64,000 nucleotides of DNA from a virus, in the IMG/VR virus record IMGVR_UViG_3300005573_000073, positions 1 to 64,000 of that record, one strand, 5' to 3'. The translations under genes were made by a program, and so were the position numbers. This document shows, in pieces, positions 28,801 to 37,837 of this stretch. The notes beneath the pieces are model-generated. The model had not been told where the DNA came from. It did not search any database and worked only from the letters and a program-made list of their open reading frames with translations. How positions within the stretch are numbered: position 1 is the stretch's first letter; the number at the start of each line of letters is the position of its first letter.

Positions 28801-30835
28801 TTGCATCCATTAACCCTAAATATTCAATGACTGATTTTATATGTGCAGATATTTTTTCTTTAATTATATTATCAATTAACCCTAAATATTCAATTAATGA
28901 TTTAGAAACACCAACTAGTTTATTATCAAGCATCTCTAAATGTTCAATAGTTGTTCTATATAAAGATTTAACTCTATATTTAAAATCAATTAACCCTAAA
29001 TATTCAATAAATATTCTATATAATGATTTAATTTTTGATTTAACATCTAATAAACCCAATTTATCAATAAGTATTTTAACTGGTTTTCTTATTTTAACAT
29101 CTAATAAACCCAATTTATCAATAAGTATTTTAACTGGTTTTCTTATTTTAACATCTAATAAACCATAAAGTTCAGTTAATGTTTTTGTAACTGCTTGACT
29201 TAATGATAAACATTTAAATTTTACATTAAATGGACTTGCCGTTTTTGTCATATATGCTAAACCCGTTTCATTATTCAAAAACTTATAGAAGCATGTTAGA
29301 GTGTCAGCACCCGTTAAAACTTCTGTGGTTTCATCTATCCAGTCTGTCCATGAACCCCACGTTCCAGACGAAGCAGTATACTTAATGTAATAGATATGGT
29401 TTGCAGTCCAACCGCTGGGTGTTCCAGTTGTTTTGGTTGCAGCGAAAACGTATAAGTTGTTTGTTGCCGTGTCAATGCTTATAACTGGAGCGGAAGTGCT
29501 CGTTGCACCTGATTGCAGACTTGATTCAGAATTAAATGACTCGGAACTGTAAACATATTTGACATACATAATGTTGTATCCAGAGCTTCTCAAATATACT
29601 ATATGCACATCGTCTCCTTGAGCAACCGCTGAATGATAATAGCCACTAAATATTGAATACACTGTAGCCACTTCTGAACCCCAAGAAGAACCATCCCATT
29701 TTTTTGCTTTAAGTGTTGTAGCATTGTAAGTATAGATTGCAAGCATTTTTCCAGAAGTTAATGGAATGACGGAAACTATCCAACTAGTAGTGGAAGTTGT
29801 TGAAAGCTGGTATGGAAAACCGCTTCGAGTTGTCCATGTTCCATCATTAGTGCTCGACTTAATCACGTAAGGACAATAATTGTTGGTTAACCATGTGAAG
29901 TTTGTTATTCGACTATTATAAGTAGTAGTATCATAGTAGAATCTGACTGTCCAAGTTTTAGGGGGTCCCGTTGCGATTGACAAATAAAAATAATAATAAA
30001 CTGTCCAAGTTGCAGAACTCAACGATTGAGTGCCTAACTGATTAGTTTGCCATGTTCCCAGCAGAGTCCAACCCCAAAACCCCCCACCACTATCCCATAA
30101 ACTAGTGTAAACCCTAACTACAATCGAGTCTGTTGATGCTAACGATGTTGCTGGGCAAGACCATGTAGAGCTTAAAATACCTGAACCACCTGAACCTGAA
30201 CCAGATCGGTAAACTTGAGCTACGGGAGTGCCGCTTGTAATTTCCGTTTCACTTCCGCCACTAGTGCGTTTCCACACCCGAATTCCAAGATAAGCTCTAC
30301 TAGCTGTAGCTTCATAATCAGCATCAACATGTTGCTTGTATCCTGACGTTCCACTTTGACTAGTTAAAAGCGTTTCTGTGTTTAAACCATTAACGTTAGA
30401 TAAGTCACTGCGAAAATAACGGGTTTCAACAGTTTCTGCCTTGTCCTTATATCCAATCCAAGGACAACCATATGAATCAACAGAAACAAAAGGATGACTA
30501 ACACTGTTACCCGTTGTTGAAACAGTCTGCTCATTCGCTGACCATGTTATCGTTCCATCACTATTTGGTGTTCCTCGCCTATAATAAATAGAACTAACAG
30601 AAGCATAGGCATAATGTAAGTACGTTCCGTCAAACCACACGCTGAAGTTATATCCATACGTGCATGCTCTCACAGTTATAGCTGAACTCCATGTTGAACC
30701 ATCGGTGCTCGTAGCGTAAACCATGTTTGTTCCATCAGTGTAGAAAACCCAGAAACGTCCATTAGCGTAGAAGCTTTTACGCTGGAAAAGATACTGCGTT
30801 GCGGAACTTGCTGTGCTTGTTCCAACGACACTCAT
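25811..30835 (-). CDS. giant virion fibre/adhesin: beta-propeller-like head, about 960-aa repeat shaft, C-terminal anchor domain
   Basis: STDGSTWS and SSTNDGTW BNR-like motifs; dozens of 17-23-aa (E/D)xLGLxD repeats; C-terminus nearly duplicated in 23327-25249. Confidence 0.7.
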   Translation of the reverse strand: MSVVGTSTASSATQYLFQRKSFYANGRFWVFYTDGTNMVYATSTDGSTWSSAITVRACTYGYNFSVWFDGTYLHYAYASVSSIYYRRGTPNSDGTITWSANEQTVSTTGNSVSHPFVSVDSYGCPWIGYKDKAETVETRYFRSDLSNVNGLNTETLLTSQSGTSGYKQHVDADYEATASRAYLGIRVWKRTSGGSETEITSGTPVAQVYRSGSGSGGSGILSSTWSCPATSLASTDSIVVRVYTSLWDSGGGFWGWTLLGTWQTNQLGTQSLSSATWTVYYYFYLSIATGPPKTWTVRFYYDTTTYNSRITNFTWLTNNYCPYVIKSSTNDGTWTTRSGFPYQLSTTSTTSWIVSVIPLTSGKMLAIYTYNATTLKAKKWDGSSWGSEVATVYSIFSGYYHSAVAQGDDVHIVYLRSSGYNIMYVKYVYSSESFNSESSLQSGATSTSAPVISIDTATNNLYVFAATKTTGTPSGWTANHIYYIKYTASSGTWGSWTDWIDETTEVLTGADTLTCFYKFLNNETGLAYMTKTASPFNVKFKCLSLSQAVTKTLTELYGLLDVKIRKPVKILIDKLGLLDVKIRKPVKILIDKLGLLDVKSKIKSLYRIFIEYLGLIDFKYRVKSLYRTTIEHLEMLDNKLVGVSKSLIEYLGLIDNIIKEKISAHIKSVIEYLGLMDAKIVSIQKLMMEYFDFNDVINKFKSLYRTTTDFLGLVDNKLISIYKSIIEQLGLIDNKLISIYKSVIEQLGLIDVKDRIKSVYARMSEYLEFIDNKLTGITKSFMESLSLTDFLSKLKSLYQTLIEYMEFIDNKLTAVSKSFIENIGIVDVTSKLKALYKTIIEHLDLTDVVNKLKPVTRTIVEYFEMLDNKITSLSKSFNEYFGFVDVKTRVKSLFKTFIDKIELIDFKDRVKSISRTITDYLELVDTKIISMGKSITEHLELIDVTSKVKSLVKIMTEQLELLDKKLISIVKSIIEHFEFSDVIDKFKSLYRIFSEYFGLIDNKIMSISKLIYEHLGLTDVLNKFKSFYRTFIENLGLLDKKLVSISKLLIEQLGLIDFKDRIKSIYRTLIDKLEMLDVSSKIKSVYKIFVDYLGLIDNKLVSVFKSISEYFALSDVTNRLKTIYRTLVEYLELADSKLISIVKFFTEQLSLSDVANKLKSIYVFVTERLGLNDVTSRLKSLYRIITEYLGMLDNKLVSVSKSLIEYLGLVDNIIKEKIYEHLISVIEYLGLIDVKSRTKSIYKSFIDYIEIVDSKIKTVYKSIIDYFGFVDQEIKSVYKAIIEYTGLIDVKITSVQKRIIDYLGLTDFKQRVKSVHRSIIDYLGLSDVKQRVKSIHRSIFDYLELTDYKLKVMYKTIIEHLGLTDIKSKFKSVYKYLIEHLELTDMKERVKSIHRTIINIIGLVDKKTSSISKSFIDYLGLIDYKFIKMFKLIIDRLGLIDTKNWIKSIRKVIVDFLELIDVKERTKSIHRSIVEYLALVDIVGKTKTLTKIIIEYLGLNDVVSIFKFIILGRMTAVKNSLMNKISNATTYPVTVIDEWRLNTWNFNAWTGTLVAVKITPSPLQRIHYGHRIASKMFGPYHLYHFNINVISRYVEFDIGESTEPIHAKTTMYITNEIVKYLRMHNKDESAGVEDIFDITKRESDTGGSRKGVHMARIIIEGYILAKRPMRWLNE
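29039..29164. repeat. exact 54-bp tandem repeat (about 2.3 copies)
   Basis: Encodes VKIRKPVKILIDKLGLLD twice. Confidence 0.9.
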
Positions 30836-30918
30836 AGATCACAACATCGCCTATTTTTTTTATATTTAACCCTATTGCTTCGGTAAAAAAGGAATTAAAT
30901 AAAGTTAGTAGATAGTTT

Positions 30919-31446
30919 TTACGTGCCTTGTTTGCATTGTATTTTAACTATCATTTGCAGGCTGTCGCCAGCATCCCAATTCATGTTTTCAGCAGCGAAT
31001 GTTTGACGCATCAGCATGGTTCCACTAGAGCTTGCATTAAACATGCCAACTTCTGTTACTGCACTTGATCCACTTAATCCATCTGCACTTGAAAATGTTG
31101 CAGTTAACTGTGCAGTATCATTGGTAACAGTGGTTGTTACTCTTGTGCCTGTTCCAGCTTTACGTTTAATTTCTGTTTGAAGTGCAGTGTCCGTTGCAGC
31201 AGCAGCATTTGTGCCTGTTCCTATGGCTATGTAATCAAAAGCTGTTCCGCCAACATCAGTTAACATTAAACCTGCAACTTCAGCGAAACCCGCATTTGTC
31301 ATGCAGTTTTTCGGTTTCAAATGAAGAGCTTTCAATAATTTACTAACTAAAGTGTTGCTTTTGTAGTGTTTCTTGACGTTGCCGTTTTTGTCTCTTACGA
31401 AGTATTCAATTTCATCAGCAATTTTAATATCATTTCTTTTACTCAT
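30919..31446 (-). CDS. tail/fibre-associated structural protein
   Basis: YIAIGTGTNAAAATDTALQTEI...TEVGMFNASSSGTML, a pattern common in tailed-virus fibre modules. Confidence 0.65.
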   Translation of the reverse strand: MSKRNDIKIADEIEYFVRDKNGNVKKHYKSNTLVSKLLKALHLKPKNCMTNAGFAEVAGLMLTDVGGTAFDYIAIGTGTNAAAATDTALQTEIKRKAGTGTRVTTTVTNDTAQLTATFSSADGLSGSSAVTEVGMFNASSSGTMLMRQTFAAENMNWDAGDSLQMIVKIQCKQGT

Positions 31447-31515
31447 ATTTTTCCACCAGTTTAAATATTACATAGTTAATTAACTATTTAAATTTTATGG
31501 TTTTCACTAACAATA

Positions 31516-32352
31516 TTACTGGGCATAAATGAATGTTAAAGTAACTTCCCATGGTTTTTCCCAGTTGATTTCTCCTTTCCATTCCGATTCCATTTCAACA
31601 AAGAAAGCGTTGGTTTCAATTTTATGAACTACATCTACAAGATAAACCCATGAATGATCTAATAGTAATTGGTTAAATGCCAATTTTTCAAGACCTGTCA
31701 TCCTGCATATATATGTTACTTTATAAATTTGTTTATTCCAGAATGAAGTGATTAATTCTGGTGGTTGATTTATCCATTGTGGAAATTGCGTGTAATTTCG
31801 GATTACACGTTCAAAATCAATTATAAAATCTAAAACATTACCACTTACAGAAACAAATGTTGGGTTAGCAGGCGTAAAACGATAAGATTTAACATCACGT
31901 AAACCTAATTTTTCTCTTAAAATTTTTATAAGTCCAGCACTTTTTACGTCTTTCAATCCAAATTTTTCTTCAAATAATTTAATAAATTCTTTATTTTGAT
32001 TATCTTTAAAACCAATCATTTCTAAAATATCTTTCACTAAACCAACAGCGTAACTTTCAGCCAAACTGATTTTTTCAACAATATTCTTTATTACAATTGT
32101 TATTGTTCCATTCTCAATCATTTTTAATGAATCAGACATTTCCAAATTTTCATATACGATTACAGTTTTTTGGGTATATGATCGTAAACCAAAAGATTCT
32201 GTAATAGTTTTGCTTATATCACTAGAAAATGAATCAACCATTTCCAAATTTTCATATGCTGTTTTAGTTATATCTGATTCTTCATAATCTAAAAAACCAA
32301 AAGTTTCTGTAATAGTTTTAGTTACAGTGTTTGGCATTATGTCACTGTCCAT
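31516..32352 (-). CDS. structural protein with ExxGLxD repeats
   Basis: Same repeat family as the fibres. Confidence 0.55.
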   Translation of the reverse strand: MDSDIMPNTVTKTITETFGFLDYEESDITKTAYENLEMVDSFSSDISKTITESFGLRSYTQKTVIVYENLEMSDSLKMIENGTITIVIKNIVEKISLAESYAVGLVKDILEMIGFKDNQNKEFIKLFEEKFGLKDVKSAGLIKILREKLGLRDVKSYRFTPANPTFVSVSGNVLDFIIDFERVIRNYTQFPQWINQPPELITSFWNKQIYKVTYICRMTGLEKLAFNQLLLDHSWVYLVDVVHKIETNAFFVEMESEWKGEINWEKPWEVTLTFIYAQ

Positions 32353-35300
32353 TTTGTTGAGTAATTATAGAAGTAAATAACTGCACGATTATTTGTTCCT
32401 CCATAAGCTGACAGATACATGTATAGTGGTCTAACTTCAATTGTTAAAATGTTATCAGCATGACACATGCTCGAAAACATCGGACTATTTTCATTGTCAA
32501 GATCGTAAAGATTATATATAACATTGTTGTTTCTAAATATTATTTTTCCATTTTTATCTTTAACATCTGCTTCTTTTTGTATAATTATTTTATATTTATG
32601 ATTAGACTCTAAATATGTGAGAAATGTTGATGTTGTATCGTCAGCATTGCCTGTTAAATTATATTCAGCATAGCACGAAAATAGTCCACCTTGTTTGACA
32701 ATTTTAAACCAGAATCCAATTCCTGAAGTTTCATTTTTTAAACCTAAAATTGCATAATCACCATCTGTCCAAAATCGAAGATTTAAAGCATCTTCATTAA
32801 GAGCAAACTCTAATGTTAAAACAGGATCTTTGATCATTCTAATAAATTCGTTCTTAATATAAACTGTAAGTGGTTGTATTCCTCCGCTTGTTGGTCCATA
32901 AAGTTTGAATTCTTCACTACTTTTTACAAAAGTTCTTCCATGAACAGCTTCGAAAACTAGTTGGGCATTTGGATCACTTGTGTTTCCAAAGTTGGAAAAG
33001 TTACTTAACTCGGGATCATAACCCCATTTTATATCTCTAATGTCTCCTTTGGATGTTGCTTCTTTATTAGTTACACTTTTCTTGTATTCACTTGTTTTAT
33101 CAATTTGTTCAGCACTTACATTATCAGTTCCATTTTGAGTCCAATCTGGCATTAGAACTCCAACTGTTGCCAAATTCTTAATTTGCTTCATTAATAATGC
33201 AAACTCGTCATCATCTCTATATTTAGGATAACCAAGTGTAAATGTAACTTGTTCACCATTTTCATCAATTTCTTTTTCTATATTTGTTAACCTGAAGTTT
33301 CCATTAGTGTTTGTTAATGTATCAACTATTTTAATTGTATCTCCAACATCATAACTTCCACTTGCATAACTATCATTTGCAACGTATGCTGTTATCTGAT
33401 CTCGTGGATAAGCATTTTTATACAGATAAACTTTTCCAACTACTTCTGCAACTGAAGAATCACTTATACTTTTTTCACTTTCAACAGCTTCATAAAACGT
33501 TCTAACATTATCCATAGCATCTTCGCTTAACACCCACTTACTAACATCTTGTTGTGTTTTTTGCTCACCTCTTCCAACAATATAAACTTTTTGAGCAGTA
33601 TCTTCAATATACCTTTCTCTTTTAACACCACTTAAATGTGTTCCAGTAATGAATTGAATATTTGCAGACTTATCTGCTCCGTGACGATTTGAAATGTGTA
33701 AAGTATTATTTTCATCATAATTTATCCACCATTCATATGGAACATATAATTCTCCAGATTCTTCATAACATTTCTCCACAACAAAATAAATTGCATCAAG
33801 CAAACGTTGGCGAGAAATGTTTAATGGACCAACAGGAACATCAAATTTACTATCAATAACAATGTTTTTAATATATGGACCACCAGCATATGGTGGAGGA
33901 GATGACGGTTCAGATTCGCCGTCAAGAAATGCTCTGTATTTTGTATCTTGAGTCTTATAAACATAAATTTGTGAAATAGCCCACGCATGCGGATCATCTT
34001 TTGTTATTTCAATTCTTAATCTATCTGTTATAATAGGACTCCAACTGTGAATTATATCTCTAAAAACATTATTTTGACATTCAACTAATACACATGCACC
34101 ATAACTAACATCTAAACTGCTAATTTCGCCTAATGTATGAGTTGATGTTGTTGTATATGATCCTAAACGTGCATAATCCAATAAAAATGTTCCATACGCT
34201 GAATCATAACATACCGCTTCAACATTAAAACAGTTTGGCGTTCCATTTACTGAAGAATTTAAACCCGTTTTTTCACATAATAAATGAGAAGTGTAACCTT
34301 CTAGATAATATGCTTTAACAAATCCATTAGAAGAATCACTTGAAACATAGAGGCGAAGTCTATGCCAATATGATGGAACCAATGAGTAACTAGAAGACAC
34401 TACCTCCCAATATGTTCCTGCATGACCATATATTACGACACGCCATCTATTTTGAAATATGGGCGTATCTTCTGGTCTTAACATTAAAGCACCATGCAAC
34501 GCAACGTTTTTATCTCCAGTTCCATTAACATCTTTATCGTAAATTTTTGCAAGAGTAACATAGCCAAAATATCCTGTTCCTGAAAGATGAACTTTCACTT
34601 GTGTAATTCTAAAATTACTATCAGCCACATATGTGCATTGATAATAAACTAATTTTAATTTCATAGCATTAATTTTTTCAATTGTCATGGAATTAAGAAG
34701 CACACTTGGAATAGCAATGGTTCGTTCCACATAACCGTTACTATCAGACCATACGTCACCAATATACTGATAACCGTTGCCATCGTTAAAATCTATGTAA
34801 ACTTTAAGCTTCGCTGCACCAGTATTACTTGGATTATCATTTCCTCTGCATTTCACTATTACAACAGCAGAATCTAATTTAACGGCTCTATATTTTGAAT
34901 CAAGATCACTAAACTCCCAATGTTGATCATATTTTCCTTCACTTGTATGATTATTTGGTAAATATATATAAGAAGAATCACCATCATCAGTGCTTATATC
35001 TGAAGACTTGTTTCCAGTAGATGACAACCAATCTGAATGATCAGATATAAAAGAGTTAGGAACTAGATCAACTTCCAATGATTCATGAGGAATTTCTGGA
35101 AGTTTAACGTAAAAATCAATATAACAATCTTTACTATCTTCAAATTCTTTTTCAACATATGCACCACCATTTTCATTTTCTGATACGTTAATTGAAAAAG
35201 ATTTGAACCCATCAACTCTATCATTACTATAACCTATAATCGCATTACCAACTGATCCATGTCTTGTCCAATTAGTTAATGTAGATTCAAAACTATCAGA

Positions 35301-37004
35301 AAATTGTATTGCAAACTCTGACTTACCATACGTTAACGCTTGATAACGATACCTTAAATCATTAGCTGAAGTTGTTAATACCCACTGTGCAAGTAAAGAG
35401 CTATTGTTCATTTTTTCATCATTAAAAATTGAAACTTTAAAATTAGTTCCAGTCTTTGTAAAATGAACATAATACATTTGATTTAATGTTAAAGGTATAG
35501 AAGAAGTAGTTGTAGTTGCTGTTCCTTGTTTATTTTCACAAAACAAGATTAAATCATTATCAAGATTAGCAACAATTAATGCAATAAGATTCGAAGATAA
35601 ATCATTTTCTTGAGAATACAAATTACCTAAATAAGAACTTAAACAAAACGGAATAAAAGCATTTAGAGCAGGTTTACTATTAGATATTTTAAAAGAAAAT
35701 TTCCAGTCAGCAGTAACAACATTAGAGCCATAATCTTTATAATAATAAGCAGATTCTAATGGATAATTGTCATGTGTAATAACTCTTTGAGTAGAATCTA
35801 AACTAATATGACTGTTGGGATCAACTTCAACCCATCCATTTGAAGAATTCCATGGTGAAGTTGAAATTGCAGTTTCATCTGCATTTAAAATTCTATAATT
35901 TCTCGGATAACTATCATTGTCTGTTCTGCTTTCTATATAAATTCCAGTTACTGATTGTTTTGGAAAACTAACTTCAAACCAATCATTTGTGCTTTGTTCT
36001 CCAGAAATCATGTATGTGACTGATAAACATGCATATGTAATAAAAGATGCTAAATCACTTGATTTTTCTACAAATTTAATTTTTGCATTATTAATATCTG
36101 AAACTGTTGTTAAATAATTAGTTAGATTAAATTCGCTTGTTCGCCATGGATTATTAAATCCGCCTTTACCATAAATAGTGTAAAGATAATGCCATGCTTG
36201 AGTAGATTCAACCCAAATATAACAATCATATGCTGAACGAATCCAAGACCAATACGTAAAATCAGGTTTCGATCTTACTCGTAAAGTAACATTTACAAGA
36301 GAAGATAAATTTGTGGAAATACTTGAAAAACTGAAAATTGCAGAATCATCAATATGTCCTGTTGATTTTATATAATCATTATCATCATCACTATGAAGAT
36401 ACGGACTTGTTCCATGCGTATTCCATGAATTTGAAACCACATTGTCAACAGCTAAAGTTGTGTATCTTTGTTCACCTGAATTTCTCCATTCATATCCACG
36501 TCTTCTCATAAGTGTAAAATCTGGATGTCCAGAAGCGGTTCTATAAGCATTACATGACATTCTTAATGTTCCATCAGTATTTTGAGTTGCTATACCCCAT
36601 CCTTCTTTATTACTTGGATAACTTGCTACATCATCAGAAACTGGGGTTCTGCATAAAAACTTAATTAATTCTATTGCATTAACTCTTCCGAAAAAACCAT
36701 AAGTTTTCTCTGTCATGTTACTGAAATCTTCAATATATTTTTTCCATAATATAACACTGACATCTCTGCCTTTCAAGTTTAAATATCGCCCATTAGAATC
36801 CCATGTTACTTCCATACTTTCAACATAACCCTTCCATTCCGTATATCCATCACGTTTAATTTCAACAGTATCCATAAAATTAATATCATCATAATATTGA
36901 ATTGTAGCATCAAACTTTGTCGGACTAACCATATCTAATTTTCGTTCAAAACTTATATTTTTATATTTTCGTCCAATTTTATTAACTTCTATTGTCCATT
37001 TCAT
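32337..37004 (-). CDS. large tail/baseplate hub protein with inserted carbohydrate-binding-like domains
   Basis: N-terminal hub pattern (EWKGYVES..LKGRD), C-terminal YDVGDTIKIVD..FRLTNIE; follows the tape measure gene. Confidence 0.65.
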   Translation of the reverse strand: MKWTIEVNKIGRKYKNISFERKLDMVSPTKFDATIQYYDDINFMDTVEIKRDGYTEWKGYVESMEVTWDSNGRYLNLKGRDVSVILWKKYIEDFSNMTEKTYGFFGRVNAIELIKFLCRTPVSDDVASYPSNKEGWGIATQNTDGTLRMSCNAYRTASGHPDFTLMRRRGYEWRNSGEQRYTTLAVDNVVSNSWNTHGTSPYLHSDDDNDYIKSTGHIDDSAIFSFSSISTNLSSLVNVTLRVRSKPDFTYWSWIRSAYDCYIWVESTQAWHYLYTIYGKGGFNNPWRTSEFNLTNYLTTVSDINNAKIKFVEKSSDLASFITYACLSVTYMISGEQSTNDWFEVSFPKQSVTGIYIESRTDNDSYPRNYRILNADETAISTSPWNSSNGWVEVDPNSHISLDSTQRVITHDNYPLESAYYYKDYGSNVVTADWKFSFKISNSKPALNAFIPFCLSSYLGNLYSQENDLSSNLIALIVANLDNDLILFCENKQGTATTTTSSIPLTLNQMYYVHFTKTGTNFKVSIFNDEKMNNSSLLAQWVLTTSANDLRYRYQALTYGKSEFAIQFSDSFESTLTNWTRHGSVGNAIIGYSNDRVDGFKSFSINVSENENGGAYVEKEFEDSKDCYIDFYVKLPEIPHESLEVDLVPNSFISDHSDWLSSTGNKSSDISTDDGDSSYIYLPNNHTSEGKYDQHWEFSDLDSKYRAVKLDSAVVIVKCRGNDNPSNTGAAKLKVYIDFNDGNGYQYIGDVWSDSNGYVERTIAIPSVLLNSMTIEKINAMKLKLVYYQCTYVADSNFRITQVKVHLSGTGYFGYVTLAKIYDKDVNGTGDKNVALHGALMLRPEDTPIFQNRWRVVIYGHAGTYWEVVSSSYSLVPSYWHRLRLYVSSDSSNGFVKAYYLEGYTSHLLCEKTGLNSSVNGTPNCFNVEAVCYDSAYGTFLLDYARLGSYTTTSTHTLGEISSLDVSYGACVLVECQNNVFRDIIHSWSPIITDRLRIEITKDDPHAWAISQIYVYKTQDTKYRAFLDGESEPSSPPPYAGGPYIKNIVIDSKFDVPVGPLNISRQRLLDAIYFVVEKCYEESGELYVPYEWWINYDENNTLHISNRHGADKSANIQFITGTHLSGVKRERYIEDTAQKVYIVGRGEQKTQQDVSKWVLSEDAMDNVRTFYEAVESEKSISDSSVAEVVGKVYLYKNAYPRDQITAYVANDSYASGSYDVGDTIKIVDTLTNTNGNFRLTNIEKEIDENGEQVTFTLGYPKYRDDDEFALLMKQIKNLATVGVLMPDWTQNGTDNVSAEQIDKTSEYKKSVTNKEATSKGDIRDIKWGYDPELSNFSNFGNTSDPNAQLVFEAVHGRTFVKSSEEFKLYGPTSGGIQPLTVYIKNEFIRMIKDPVLTLEFALNEDALNLRFWTDGDYAILGLKNETSGIGFWFKIVKQGGLFSCYAEYNLTGNADDTTSTFLTYLESNHKYKIIIQKEADVKDKNGKIIFRNNNVIYNLYDLDNENSPMFSSMCHADNILTIEVRPLYMYLSAYGGTNNRAVIYFYNYSTKWTVT

Positions 37005-37010
37005 GATTTA

Positions 37011-37826
37011 TCACTTTCTAACCCTCAAATTTCTACGAAGTGCTTTTCTTATTTCTTCGTCAATATCGTCAATATCAGCTTTAGTATGAACATTTTGAAT
37101 AGTGATTGGTAAATTCCAGACGTTTGTTCCTGCTTCTCCCCTGCTAATTTCATTGCCAACTTGTGTTGGCAAGTTAGTGTATGGATTATAAATTATTTCA
37201 CCCTTATGAATTTTTGCTAAACCAGTGTATGGAGCATAACGAGTTCCAGTTTGATATTCAGGAGTTGTAGCATTCATGCTTTCTTCCATAAGAGCTAAAG
37301 AAGCAGCAGCAGCTATTCCTCCCATTGCAGCAGCGATGGGAAATGCAGCACTTTTGGCAATATACACTGACCAGAATGCTATTGCAACAGCAGCAAGTAT
37401 AGTAATTAATGATGCAAGTGGACTTCGTAGTTGTTGTAAGATTAAATAAGCAACTGTAAAACCAGCAGTAAAAGCAGCCATTGATATAACTATTTGTTGC
37501 GTAGTTACATGTAAACCTCTTAACTCAACATTTAATACTTTTAAAACAGAAATTAACATTTCAAATCCTCCAAGCATCATCATCGTGTAACTTAAAGCAT
37601 TCATCATTGTTCCAGCAGTGCCTCCAACTTGTTGACCTAAAGCATTAAACATCATTCCCGCCATTAAAGCATATTGTCCCATCATCATGTGATGTTTAAC
37701 AATTTGAGCTTCGGCACCTTTAAGTTTTTCCAAATCTGAAATAACTGCTGAAAAAATACGTCCAGTATAATTTATAGCACGAAGTGTTATCCAAATTGTC
37801 CGCATACCTCCTCCAGTCGCTGCCAT
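37011..37826 (-). CDS. short tape-measure-like protein
   Basis: ITLRAINYT N-terminus, Ala/Gly-rich hydrophobic helices, YQTGT..AKIHKGEII C-terminal motif. Confidence 0.6.
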   Translation of the reverse strand: MAATGGGMRTIWITLRAINYTGRIFSAVISDLEKLKGAEAQIVKHHMMMGQYALMAGMMFNALGQQVGGTAGTMMNALSYTMMMLGGFEMLISVLKVLNVELRGLHVTTQQIVISMAAFTAGFTVAYLILQQLRSPLASLITILAAVAIAFWSVYIAKSAAFPIAAAMGGIAAAASLALMEESMNATTPEYQTGTRYAPYTGLAKIHKGEIIYNPYTNLPTQVGNEISRGEAGTNVWNLPITIQNVHTKADIDDIDEEIRKALRRNLRVRK

Positions 37827-37837
37827 ATTTATTCACC

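Noticed and set aside
23327-30835. Diversity-generating retroelement TR/VR pair
   Set aside because: The duplicated C-termini are both coding, differences look like ordinary divergence rather than adenine-specific changes, and there is no reverse transcriptase in the window.
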